64,000 bases of DNA from NCBI RefSeq assembly GCF_003704095.1, contig NW_020843739.1, forward strand, positions 124,001 through 188,000, given 5' to 3'. Both the position numbers and the translations under genes were made by a program. Shown here piece by piece: positions 52,401 through 62,172 of this stretch. Origin of the DNA: Pocillopora damicornis (lineage: Eukaryota). Positions within the stretch are counted from its first letter, which is position 1; the number at the start of each line of letters is the position of its first letter. The notes beneath the pieces were generated by a model, which searched no databases, was not told the DNA's origin, and was given only the letters and a program-made list of their open reading frames with translations.

Positions 52401-55400
52401 CAGAGGATGTTCACCAAACATCATATTCTATAGACAAAGATTTTCAAACAAAGCTTTAGGCCCAAGTAAAGATACCGGGACTTTTGAGAAACAAACCCTC
52501 TGTATTACAAAAAGTAACTTTAAAGGTTACTTCAAAATATTCTGACAATATCAGGGATTTTGTTTGTGTTGTGTTCTATCAAGCAATGGCAAATAATCAA
52601 ATGATACTAATGGCAAGACCACAAATGTCTACACACCTTGGTGATAATTTCCGTGTTAGTTCTTCCAGATCGAGATGAATATTTTGCAAATTCGTCAGGA
52701 CAGATTCCTCATCTGCTGCATCTAAAGTAAACACAGGACACAGCTGAATAACTAGGCTTGAGTGATTCGATTTACATATCATTCTCTGAAAGAGTGAACC
52801 ACAATATTCGTTGTGTATGCGAATCTGACGCCCCTTAAAATTCTCAAGAGAAACCAGGTTGTGTAAGGTGCTTAGCTTCACTGTGATTCAAACGTTGTTG
52901 AAGACTTGGGGCTGGGGTTAAGTTGGGAGGGGGTTAAAACTTTTCGGTAAGAGACCATCAATTATTTTTTTTTCTTAATATTATAATTTCTGTGGATTTT
53001 TCTTTCATGGTTACAAAAGTACGCTTTAGCCCTTCCAATCCCAGAATTTCAATTAGGAATTCTCCTCATTGCCGGCTTTACATTTGCCGTAATTTTAGCT
53101 CTGAGAATTTGGCATTGGATTAAAAATAATCCCCTCCTTTGATATTTTTCTGTATTCTCATCACTTGTGTACTTGATATGATGTTGAAAGTGGAGGGAGA
53201 AATTATGTCTTGGTCACTCCTGGGAATAAAAGGGCTAAATAAAGGACTTTATACTCACCGCGCGGGCGGAAAGCCAGTTTCCGCACAAGCGGCTGACAAA
53301 AGTCGGGAAAGATTTCTGAAAATGTCGAGAGAACCTAGAAAGAGAAAAGTCAGGTGGAATAACGAAGTTGAACTTTCAAATTAAACTTCGTTAAAAAATT
53401 AAAAAAACGAAAACCAGAGTCGTCGGTAACCTCTGCATGAACTGAGACGGAATCTCTTTCATAGAGTTGACATAGTTGTGGACTTCTTTTAAAACATCAG
53501 CACGGCATAGATCTAGTGCTGTGACATTTTTCACCTTTTTTCGCCGGGAAATCTAACAGGATGCGGATTTAGAAGAAATGTATTTATTTGCACGAACACA
53601 TCATTCAGTGCATAGTATGTACGTACGTACGTACGCGTGTGCGCCCGGCCTGTTTGATTTCGTCACGCACCTGCTGGCGGCCCTCTTTACATCCCTCGAC
53701 ACATATTTGTCCAAATACTGACAACAGCTTTGCTACTTGTGCGCTTCCTCCAGAGCGAGCAAGAAATGAACTAAATAATGTGTAGAGAACGTAAGGAAAG
53801 GAAAACGTAAGTCTTGTCGAAAGAGGAACTGTCGAGTTATTTTGCAAAACTGAGTATAATAAACTTCAGAAAAGAAATTGAAGAAGCAAAGGCGGTTCTT
53901 TCCTCGTCTGCAAGATTACGTTCGACTTAGAACCATTTACTTTCATTCGAATCCGTCATATTTCAGACAGGTCCCGCTCGTCTCTCTCAATAACCGTTCC
54001 CTACAAAATTTGACAAAAGCGTCCGTAATATTGGATGTAATATTTCGTAATCGTACTAAACCATTCGAAAATTAAACGATTCGGACCAACTTCGGATGGC
54101 CCCAGTCTACTTCGTTTATTGATGATTACTGCAACTTTCAATTGACCATCGAAAAAACAATGTTTCGGGCGTTTGCAGTTATTTAATTCGCGTCCTCAGA
54201 AAAATCTTGTAATATTTATTTGATTCTGACCGGCAACACTCAACCTAAGGCTCCTGATGCTCTAACAATGTTACTTTTGTAAATTAAAGCTTACGGCGAT
54301 AACAAAGCAGAACCTGTGCGGTGATGACTCACCTTAAAATACCCCAAGCAACAGCAAAGAATTCTGGATTTTCCACACAAGCTCGAGGCTGTCCCAGCGA
54401 AAACATGATCAGAAGAAATCATTTCACTAAAAAGGTTAACGAGCTCGGAGAAATACGAAGAACAAACAAATTTCACATAAAATTAAAAGAAAATTATTGA
54501 TTAAAATATACTTACCAGTCTACGTGAAGAAATCAGATCCCTGAGTTGGTCTCTGGAAATAAAGGGCCTCTTGATGGATGATATCTCGATCAAATCTAAA
54601 ATCTGAAAAAGAAAAAAAGTCCACCACATAGCCTCACCAAATAGTGGAGTCACTAGCCAGCTGCCCTAGCTTATCCACTGCTGTACGTCAGTAAACTTGG
54701 CCTTCTTAGTAATTATGTCTAACTGGCGATGGGCGAAGGTAAGAAGCGTGTGGACTTGTCATGACTGTCCTAACACGGCCATAACATCTTTAATCGCGGT
54801 TGATTTCATAATTTGGCTATTTTCCTTTTTAAATAAACGATTATTTTTGGCTGAATAATTTCCAATTACGCTAAGAAACAGTTAGCGAGTGTAATAAGAA
54901 GAAAACTAGATAAAGGTCCTTCTAAAACCGACGAAGGGACTACAGTACTTCTTCCAGGCGAGGGGTATACAGAAAACATCAAAACCATGAAACCTCAACA
55001 GCCTCAGTGAGAGTAATAAAGGGTCATAAAGATCCATTCTAAATCGAACCGTAAAGTAAAATAATTTTATACTAAAGAAAACGAAGGTTGCTTCGCAGCA
55101 AATGCTGATACAAAGACTGAAGAACAACAAAAAAGACAAACATCACTAAAAAACCAAAGAGGACATTGAAACATATTGAAACAAAGAGAGGATAACTGAG
55201 TAAACAAACAGAACTATTCTGCGATTATTGTTTATTGAGACCTTGTTTCTTTTTATTTTCTTTCAGTTCTTTATTTTTTTTAATTTCATAGATTTTAAAA
55301 TTTTGCAATGATTAAAAAAGCGCGAGTGGAAATTGATACAGCTTTTTATTTTTCTTAATGGAGTATGTTTCGTGTTACATCTCTGCAAGTCACTCCAGGA

Positions 55401-58400
55401 AATCACGCTATCGCGAGATCTTCTAAGAACTTCCTTTGAGTTCCTCGCATCCATGGAACACGTCTGGACTTTCTTTCGGTTCTTGATCGATTGGAACTTC
55501 AAAGTACTTCTCGCCAAAATTTTCTATTAAATATTCCTCCCAGTCATTTTGCACAGGAAAGGTGAAACCTTCGAAACTTATTCGTCTACGCGGGACGGCA
55601 GATCTGTTCATGTGAGGCGACACGAACATGTCAATCATGAGCCCATCATGCCAAGTACATCCGTAGGACATACAGAATTTATAGCAACTATATCTATCTC
55701 GTAATCTTGGGTTCCAAGTTGCTTCGTAGATACCAACTATTTCATGCTTGTAGTAACCGCTTGGGTCATCCGGATTCAACGCTGGATCACTTATAGAGTT
55801 CTGAAAGAAAATATCTGGCGGTAAATCCTTTGCTGCGACCTGGAAAAATTTCACATATTCTTCCAAAGGCATTTCAATATCTATGTCGTAGTCCCACGGA
55901 ATAAATCCATGATGTCTTGCAGCACCAAGTAAAGTCCCGCCAAATATCCAGTAGTCAATGTTGTGTTTCTGCGCTATGAGGTCAAAAATACGTAGCATTC
56001 TGGTCATGACGAGTTGCGCCTGTCGGTTGCGAAATTTTGCGTGGTTTCGAATATCAGGACATTGAATTGTACCGTCGATCAAGTTACATTTTCCTCCCAA
56101 TTCTGTGTACAACTCAGGGCACATTTCTCCCCAATCCAGTGCAACAAGACAGTGTTTTCCAAACCGATTACCATAGTACGGATACACAATGTCTTCGCGA
56201 TCGACAATCACAACACACTTATTTGTAGGGGAAAGTGTGAGCTTGGAATCAGTCTGTATTAAGGACATCATCAGAAGACAAATCGTAGCTACCAGAAAAA
56301 TGAACACAAATAGAATCTTTCTGTGTCTCATTGCGAAAGTATGATGAGTTATGGAGTAAAATAATGAAATGTTCCACACATTCTACTTTCGCTCTGCTTA
56401 CTTTGATGACCGTCTATTGTTTCAAATCTCAAATGACATATGCCCAAATTAGCAAATTGACAAATATACCCAAATTGGCAAATTAACATTTAATCATATT
56501 TATCTTTCCTGCGCCATAAGATCACATGGTTGCGTTTTCTCTTTGAGACCTTTCTTTTTTTCATTGACGTTTCCGGTCAGTTAGCCCTCTATTTCATAAA
56601 CTAACTTGTTTCTTCTTTGTTCGCAGAATTTTTGTTTAAACATGGCATTCTCCCTTATTTAAGCGCAACGTTTGAGATCAGCTGAGGTTAAGATAAATGT
56701 ATTTTTGCGGTTCTTCTTCTAACGTTCGTCAATGAATTTCGTGATTATTTCTTCAGCAAAAATAATCCGCACAACTTAAAACAAAACGGTGAATAACGTA
56801 CGAAAAGTCAGCCCACGAACAATCTACAGGTGACCATGCATAACGAACGCAATTTTCATAAAGTAAATCATATGATGACCCGCGGGTGAAATGCAACTGA
56901 GAGAAGATACAATCGTCTCAGGTGCGCTGTAATTTAAGCAGATGCAGTAAAGAAGCCTGAAAAATTATTCGGACTTCAACAGGATTCAAACCCGTGCCTT
57001 CCAAATACCAGTTGGGCGTTACGTGGCCACGAAATGAGCAACGACGCCTCGCTTAATGACATATAAAAATTGTAGCTTGCCTGCGAGGATGATTTCTTCA
57101 CTTGAATTTCACTCCCAAATCTAAATATGATTTATTTTATTAAACTCATGATCACATTCTTTTAGGGGAACGAAGAACCCGGCGGGTTTGCGGAGCTTCC
57201 AAAATGTGGCTTCGTAACTCAGTTGTTAGTAGCGTAGATATTAGAGTCACGGGTTCCAATTTCGTTGAAACCTGAATTTCTCCGGCTTTCCTTCGATAAT
57301 TTCTTCACTTGGACCACGAACAGTTCCCACCCTTCATTGGTGGCCCCGAATTAGCTGATTGGATGCGATAAGAAATCCACGTCACTCTATCAACCATTCC
57401 GATACAAAAATAAAACCGATCGTGACATTGGTCATGCTAAAATGCAGTCTGCAGACCGCGCAGACTGCGTTTTGTTCGCTTCGAGAATTTCGACTATCAG
57501 AGCTCGCGAGACGCTAACAAGACCTATCACGCAATCGACTTCGATAGGTATCCAATTTCACCAGTATTATGCAGTTATTTTTAACCTTAGGAAAAAATTA
57601 CCTTTTCTCGCTTGTAAAATTTTATTTTACGCCTCGGTGGACGTTAAATGGAAGTCAAAAAACTTTGCTGGGAACCGGTTTTTGACTGGATGACAAGCAG
57701 TAATAAACAACAAACAAGTGCCTTTTTGATTTCTGCTCTCGCTTTCCGCCCTCAGATAGATCCAGCTTCCCCCTCTCTCCCGCCACCAGTTCTCCCGGGT
57801 TCCCGCCCCCTTGTCCCCCTCCACTCTAGAGTGCTGATTAAATATCATCCAAAAGCATCATCATGACCGTCGTGGCAGTTTCTTGCGTTTTCTCGCGCAC
57901 AAGGACGTTTAGAATCAAATTGTTTCGTGTGATTGGATAAAATAGCTGAGACCCTACCCACGCTCTGATTGGTCAAATAAACTGTACTACAAAAGTTTGT
58001 ACATCAATCACCTTCGGATCGTGAGTTAAAAGCTTTAGTCGTAATAACCCACGGTTATTGCGCCAATATATCAATATAAAATGCGGCGCATTGCTTAAAT
58101 ATACCTCAATCGAAAAGCAGTCTAACAACTTATTAATGTGATTGTTCGAGTACCTCTGATTCAAAGCTGGGTTGGTGCCTTTTCCACAGACTAACTTGCG
58201 CATCATATGATAAAAACAGCCCTAAAAAAAACAACCGACAAACCGTGAAACAAGTTAGGATGTTAGGATGCAAGGTGGCAGTGTTATGCGTAGAGGAATT
58301 AAAAAGGTTATGAAGGCCGATAAATTTGGAGCGCCATCGTTGAATATGGAAACTAGTTGTTAGATTTTCTTCGTTCTTTTGTTATATATTTCCACGTTTT

Positions 58401-61400
58401 CATGACGTTGTTTTTCTCTGTGTGTATGTGTTTAAGTGCATATGTTTATAAGTGAATAATTATATGTGTATATGTCCCTAAATAGCCAAACTGGTCAGAT
58501 CTTTGATTATTTTAAAAGATATTAAACCCACCTTTGTTGAGAGAGACAGCATGCAAAAGCACTTGCGGGACACTTTCCGAGACAAGGAAACCTTCATTGT
58601 GACAACTGTAAAATATGGTGAAAGTTAAATCCACCCTTCCTTCTTCCTTCACGTTACTTTATGAGGTTTGTAAGGCTTTAATGAAAATTTGGAAAACACC
58701 CCTACAAAGTATGTACCTAATTCTTATTTTTGGGCCATGGCAAATTACTTATCTCTTATCAGAGGTACCAGTTAAAAATTTTTATAACTGATAATTCAGA
58801 AATAGCAGTTATTTATGTAACAAATACAATTGCTGTTCCTCATGACTCTTTTTAAATCAGTTTACAAAAATTATTTACCTTTTCACCAAATCCAAGCTTT
58901 TTTGGCTGCAAAGAATCTTTTCCACCTAAAATAGACAAAGTAAAAATTATCAAATTGTAACAGGAACATGCTGATCAAGAAAGTTGTATACCACAAGTAA
59001 GAGGACAAAACAATGCTTGACCCTTTGACCCCTAAGAGCGATTAGCATCTAATTTCTCCCTACAATGTTAACCTTGGATTACTCAATAAAGTCATGAGAA
59101 TAAAGGATGTGATCAATAACTTAAGATGCTTGTAATTGTTGAAAAAATTTGGATCAATATCAGTATCTAGGCAACTGCCCACCTACCCCTCCCCTAACTC
59201 AACAACAGTCAATTGACAACAAGTTAAGGTTAATGTTGGGTTAGGGGAGGGGTAGGTGGGCAGTTGCCCAGATACTGATATTGATCCAAAAATTCTCCTT
59301 GTCAGCACCTCAGGAAATGTATAGTGAACAGTTTAAAGAATTATGTACTGATGTTAGGGTGTAAAGGGTTCACTTGATGGCTTAGAGACGCAGCTTATGG
59401 TCAAATAAGAATAGTTACTAAATTATGTCAAATCATACCAAAGGTTTTGCTTGTGGTATAGTTATCAGAGGCAGGCAAAATTCAGATAGTTCCTTTAAGC
59501 ATAGTCCTGATATTGGTTTATGAGGATAAAATTCTCTAAAGTGGATGAAAAAAATAAGGCAAGAGTACTGATCAGAGGTAAACAAACAGCAGAAAACTGT
59601 TCAATCATATTTAAGATATTCAAAGTGACTAGTGTGCACTTAGCCCCATGCAAGAATTATATTGAAATGGTAGGTCTCTTTTACTAACATCACAATAAGA
59701 ATTTGCTGTCCATCTAATGTGGCCAGTCAGTGAATGAAGAGCTGAAGTCTGAATACAACGCTGCCTTCCGTGAATGCATCAAAGGTTATCCCGGTAACTT
59801 CTCATACTGGGCAAGAGACCGGTACATTGCAGGTTACTCACCAAGAATTTTGTCTGACCTTGCTATAAATTTATTGTCACCCATTTGTATTCTTGCTTAG
59901 GGAGTGCACCTGTAGGAGCAAAGTTGCTTTCGCAAGAACACATACTGACTCTTATTCCAGATTCATGCATGTCCTAATGGCTATCCATTGACATTTCAGT
60001 TTTCTATCCAATGAATCCATGGAATGAACAATTTCTTGGTGGTCACATACCTTTCTTCTTCATTCCAAAAGAAGCCTTGTAATACTTCTAAATCATGACA
60101 CATCGATGACACCAACTGGAGGAAGAGTTTTAAAATAAAGAAAAGTCAGAGAATGAATGTGGTACACATATTATCTTTGGTCTACAAGTCAAACAAGAGT
60201 GATTTTTAACCCCATAACAGACTTGTTGGGCCTGAAACTGGGTGTAAATAGCACAGAAAACAAAGCTAGCAGGTGGCAGACTAAGAGGCCTTGTGCACCA
60301 CTTGGTGTGAAGCAGGAGTGTGATAACAGATTGATTGATAAATTGAATTCTCCACTTCAAGGCCAACCTTATTACTGAAAGAAGGAAACAAATGAGTAAA
60401 TGACTTCAGATAATATGAGAAAAATTATTTGAACTAATATTTTACAATCTAAATTACCTTTTTCAACATTATTTCTAAGGATTCTTGAGCTGTGTAGCCC
60501 CAAAATTCTCCAATGTGGTGCAATATACTATTTTTAAGAATGGGTGTGGTTGCACGTCTCAGTTGAGTTTGTACCCAACTCTTTGCTTTTTTGTTAAGAT
60601 TCTTTTCTTGTACTGCAGAGCAGTTTGACAAAAGTAAACTGCATCTCACCACAATTTGAAACACTTCATCTAGGTAAGAAAAATAAACAAATCATGCCAC
60701 AACATCTCACACAGCTGCAATCAGGAGACACCATCTTATACTGTAAGGACCCCTTGACCCTGGTTCACGTCACTCTGTAACAATGTAACGCATCTACAGT
60801 GAAAAGGCAAAGAGATCCCCTGCTATTTTCCTAGATACTTTATTGTTTTGCCGTTAAGTTTGAATTTATTTTACAGATAAGACCCGAAATAAAAATATTC
60901 CTAACTTGATGACCATTCTGGTTTGATCTTCACTAGGGTGACGGTTTTTTTATCACCTTGAACTTACAGTATTTTTCAAGGCTACCTCCTGTACTATGAG
61001 ATGTTGTAAGGTAACTGCTGATCCATTGCAGTTGAATCATTCAAAACATATTTGTTATTTCAGTGATGATATCTAAAAGCCTGGCTCAGTGATTGAGAAA
61101 GGGATAATTCTTTCCCAGACAGTTGATTATCTGTAAAATCATTAATGGGTCAGGATTGCATTTTTTGCCTGAAAACATCAAAGATTTAATTACCCTTTAT
61201 CTCATTTACCTGACAATAAAACAACATTGTTCTCATATAGCTGTCCAAGAAGTTTCCCCACACTTGGAAATTTCTTTAAAATCATGTTTGAGTCACCTTT
61301 CTGCAAAGAGGGCAAATAATCTGATTGGTTTTTTTTTCAGGAATCAACCAGTTATTCAAAACTTAACAACAAGACAGGCTCATGTTTTAAGAACAATCAC

Positions 61401-62004
61401 TTCGTGCAAAGTGACTACAGTGAGAACTAAGATTAAAGCTAGATATTAAACTATCATATTTCAAATACATATAAACTGTACACCAGTTCCTTTTAGTTTC
61501 ATGGAGCTGCTCTTCACCATGGTATGACACATTAATTCAGTAATTAGAGACTAAAAGGGAAAGTGAAATCAAGCTACCTATGGCTCTCTTCTGGCATGAA
61601 AAAATAATAATCCATAGTAACACAACAGGATGTTCTGAAGTTCTAGAAAGACACTGATATGGCCATTAGTTTACTGGGGGCCCTTTATCACTACTTTAAA
61701 TCCTGAGAGCTAGTGTTGGGTTGGAGTGGAGAAAATCCTGAGTATACAATGACAAAACAGAGAAAAACTGTTGCAGATGGGATCCCAACTTGATTTCCCC
61801 CCCCCAGCCCAACCTCACCCCAACAGCCAAGAAAAAACTTTGGCTACAGCTCTTCCATACCACTTTGTGAATTTCCACCTCAAGTTTCTTCAGAAAACTT
61901 GATAAGTCTTGTAGACTCTCAAATGTTTCTTTGCATTCCTCTGCGGAATTTCCTCTTCCCCATTTTCTGGCATCATCATACCATCTCTTAATCCCCACCT
62001 CCAT
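46456..62004 (-). CDS. FANCC: Fanconi anemia complementation group C protein orthologue (~612 aa, 17 exons)
   Basis: Phase-consistent GT-AG exons: 62004-61861, 61300-61210, 60669-60458, 60115-60051, 59535-59439, 58925-58879, 58605-58532, 58221-58154, 54602-54516, 54388-54333, 53770-53671, 53334-53259, 52721-52637, 47831-47738, 47664-47590, 47163-46963, 46722-46456 (1839 nt). Colinear with human FANCC as recalled: DSNMILKKFPSVGKLL ~ DSNTVIERFPTIGQLL; LSEFCLPLITI ~ LSRVCVPLITL; SLWKRHQPSFE ~ CLWLRHLPSLE; LLLVFLCDALGGH ~ LLLNFLLWAPGGH. Confidence 0.9.
48317..48428. repeat. Hairpin-forming dispersed repeat
   Basis: GTAATCATACTCGTGATTGACAAATCGGAC ... GTCCGATTTTGTTAATCACTCGTATGATTAC imperfect inverted repeat, followed by a second short GGACT...AGTCC hairpin. 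Confidence 0.75.
49140..49295 (+). repeat. Dispersed repeat with a degenerate minimal hammerhead-like head
   Basis: GCT-CTGACGA-CATGTTAGCATTC-GAGA-CGTC-AGC at 49142-49175 (GAAA changed to GAGA), internal palindrome TTATCAAC...GTTGATAA; 3' end shared with positions 1-52. Confidence 0.6.
50271..51260 (-). CDS. Rhodopsin-class GPCR, neuropeptide-receptor-like, intronless CDS (329 aa), paralogue 3, nested in FANCC intron 13
   Basis: 7 TM; GN, NLAAAD, IRY, CMLP, NPLIY; shares YAICMLPQHVV with paralogues 1 and 2. Confidence 0.95.
   Translation of the reverse strand: MNESSLTSTADAWSDLTTPTMKWVFRGLFSTILFLGLVGNGAVCSAIVLKQRLRTTANMLVLNLAAADFVFVALYAPTQLSFFENNYSWEMGDGVCKLTYTVLPACLCATVETLLCIAVIRYKAVASPFRLRVGMTYKTTAVVISVIWLTSLLTGLPVLLLAKTVQYQDRVFCDEIWPVGKPYREVYWVFIFLIQYAIPLLAVILLSIATIVKVKQSRARVIPSAPSINNEANSVSHVLQASVRQRQRREINMSKMLTGLVILYAICMLPQHVVFFWLTYGNLKQQEYSLYIFTIANMFPIANSALNPLIYGSLHKELKSGFKNCIKCS
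53030..53234. mobile_element. Degenerate piggyBac-like MITE, inverted relative to 46247-46449
   Basis: Ends CCCTTCCAATCCC / GGGAATAAAAGGG with decayed flanks TTAG/CTAA. Internal TCTTGGTCACTC and ATTCTCATC match the reverse complement of the 46247 copy. Confidence 0.7.
54795..55238. repeat. ~430-bp dispersed repeat, copy A (copy B at 63210-63636)
   Basis: Direct alignment with long identical blocks, e.g. AAAACCATGAAACCTCAACAGCCTCAGTGAGAGTAATAAAGGGTCATAAAGATC; both copies end at ATTATTGTTTATTGA. Confidence 0.9.
55423..56331 (-). CDS. LicD/fukutin-family nucleotidyltransferase-fold phosphotransferase, type II membrane, intronless (302 aa), nested in FANCC intron 8
   Basis: First in-frame ATG at 56331 gives MRHRK plus signal anchor ILFVFIFLVATICLLMMSLI, a Cys-rich stem, the LicD signature YWIFGGTLLGAARHHGFIPWDYDIDI and later GLMIDMF. 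Confidence 0.92.
   Translation of the reverse strand: MRHRKILFVFIFLVATICLLMMSLIQTDSKLTLSPTNKCVVIVDREDIVYPYYGNRFGKHCLVALDWGEMCPELYTELGGKCNLIDGTIQCPDIRNHAKFRNRQAQLVMTRMLRIFDLIAQKHNIDYWIFGGTLLGAARHHGFIPWDYDIDIEMPLEEYVKFFQVAAKDLPPDIFFQNSISDPALNPDDPSGYYKHEIVGIYEATWNPRLRDRYSCYKFCMSYGCTWHDGLMIDMFVSPHMNRSAVPRRRISFEGFTFPVQNDWEEYLIENFGEKYFEVPIDQEPKESPDVFHGCEELKGSS
56865..57310. repeat. Repeat made of two inverted tRNA-derived (SINE-like) segments
   Basis: The reverse complement of ~56951-56996 (CACGGGTTTGAATCCTGTTGAAGTCCGAAT...CAGGCTTC) matches ~57248-57290 (CACGGGTTCCAATTTCGTTGAAACCTGAAT...CCGGCTTTC). A-box-like TAACTCAGTTG near 57215. No intact cloverleaf. Confidence 0.65.
59021..59368. mobile_element. 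piggyBac-like MITE interrupted by a second element
   Basis: Ends CCCTTTGACCCCTAA / TTAGGGTGTAAAGGG with flanks TTGA/TTCA. Internal AATTTCTCCCTACAAT and ATGAGAATAAAG resemble the 46247 copy. Confidence 0.75.
59151..59287. mobile_element. Palindromic MITE (54-bp TIRs) nested inside the piggyBac-like MITE
   Basis: GGATCAATATCAGTATCTAGGCAACTGCCCACCTACCCCTCCCCTAACTCAACA (59151-59204) and its inverted copy (59234-59287), 2 mismatches. Confidence 0.9.
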
Positions 62005-62172
62005 TCAGTTTTCAAACCGCTAGAACGGCCGCCATTTTCGACGCAGTTGACGGAAAAGAAACTGGGCAGGAGTTGAACCTTTAACAACATGTGGTCAGCA
62101 GTTTTACAGAAAAGAAAAAGATCATTATGGCCGACGTTGGTTAAAATCTTGCAGTACAAGGCTTTTTCTGCA
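62005..62172. promoter_or_regulatory. Putative bidirectional promoter between FANCC and TM2D1, with a YY1-type motif
   Basis: Divergent coding starts are under 200 bp apart; AAAATGGCGGCC on the minus strand at 62038-62027. Confidence 0.6.

Noticed and set aside
51925-52500. Candidate extra FANCC exons in intron 13
   Set aside because: Wrong phase or in-frame stops; exon 13 joins 47831 directly and keeps colinearity with human FANCC.
54906-55139. Paired ORFs here and at 63207-63530 as a small gene family
   Set aside because: They lie in a dispersed repeat, start at non-ATG codons and differ by stops and indels.
57205-57290. tRNA gene
   Set aside because: Only decayed A/B boxes; no acceptor or anticodon stems; SINE-derived.
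59775-59945. Possible old SINE in FANCC intron 4
   Set aside because: Too degenerate to define boundaries without a repeat-library search.
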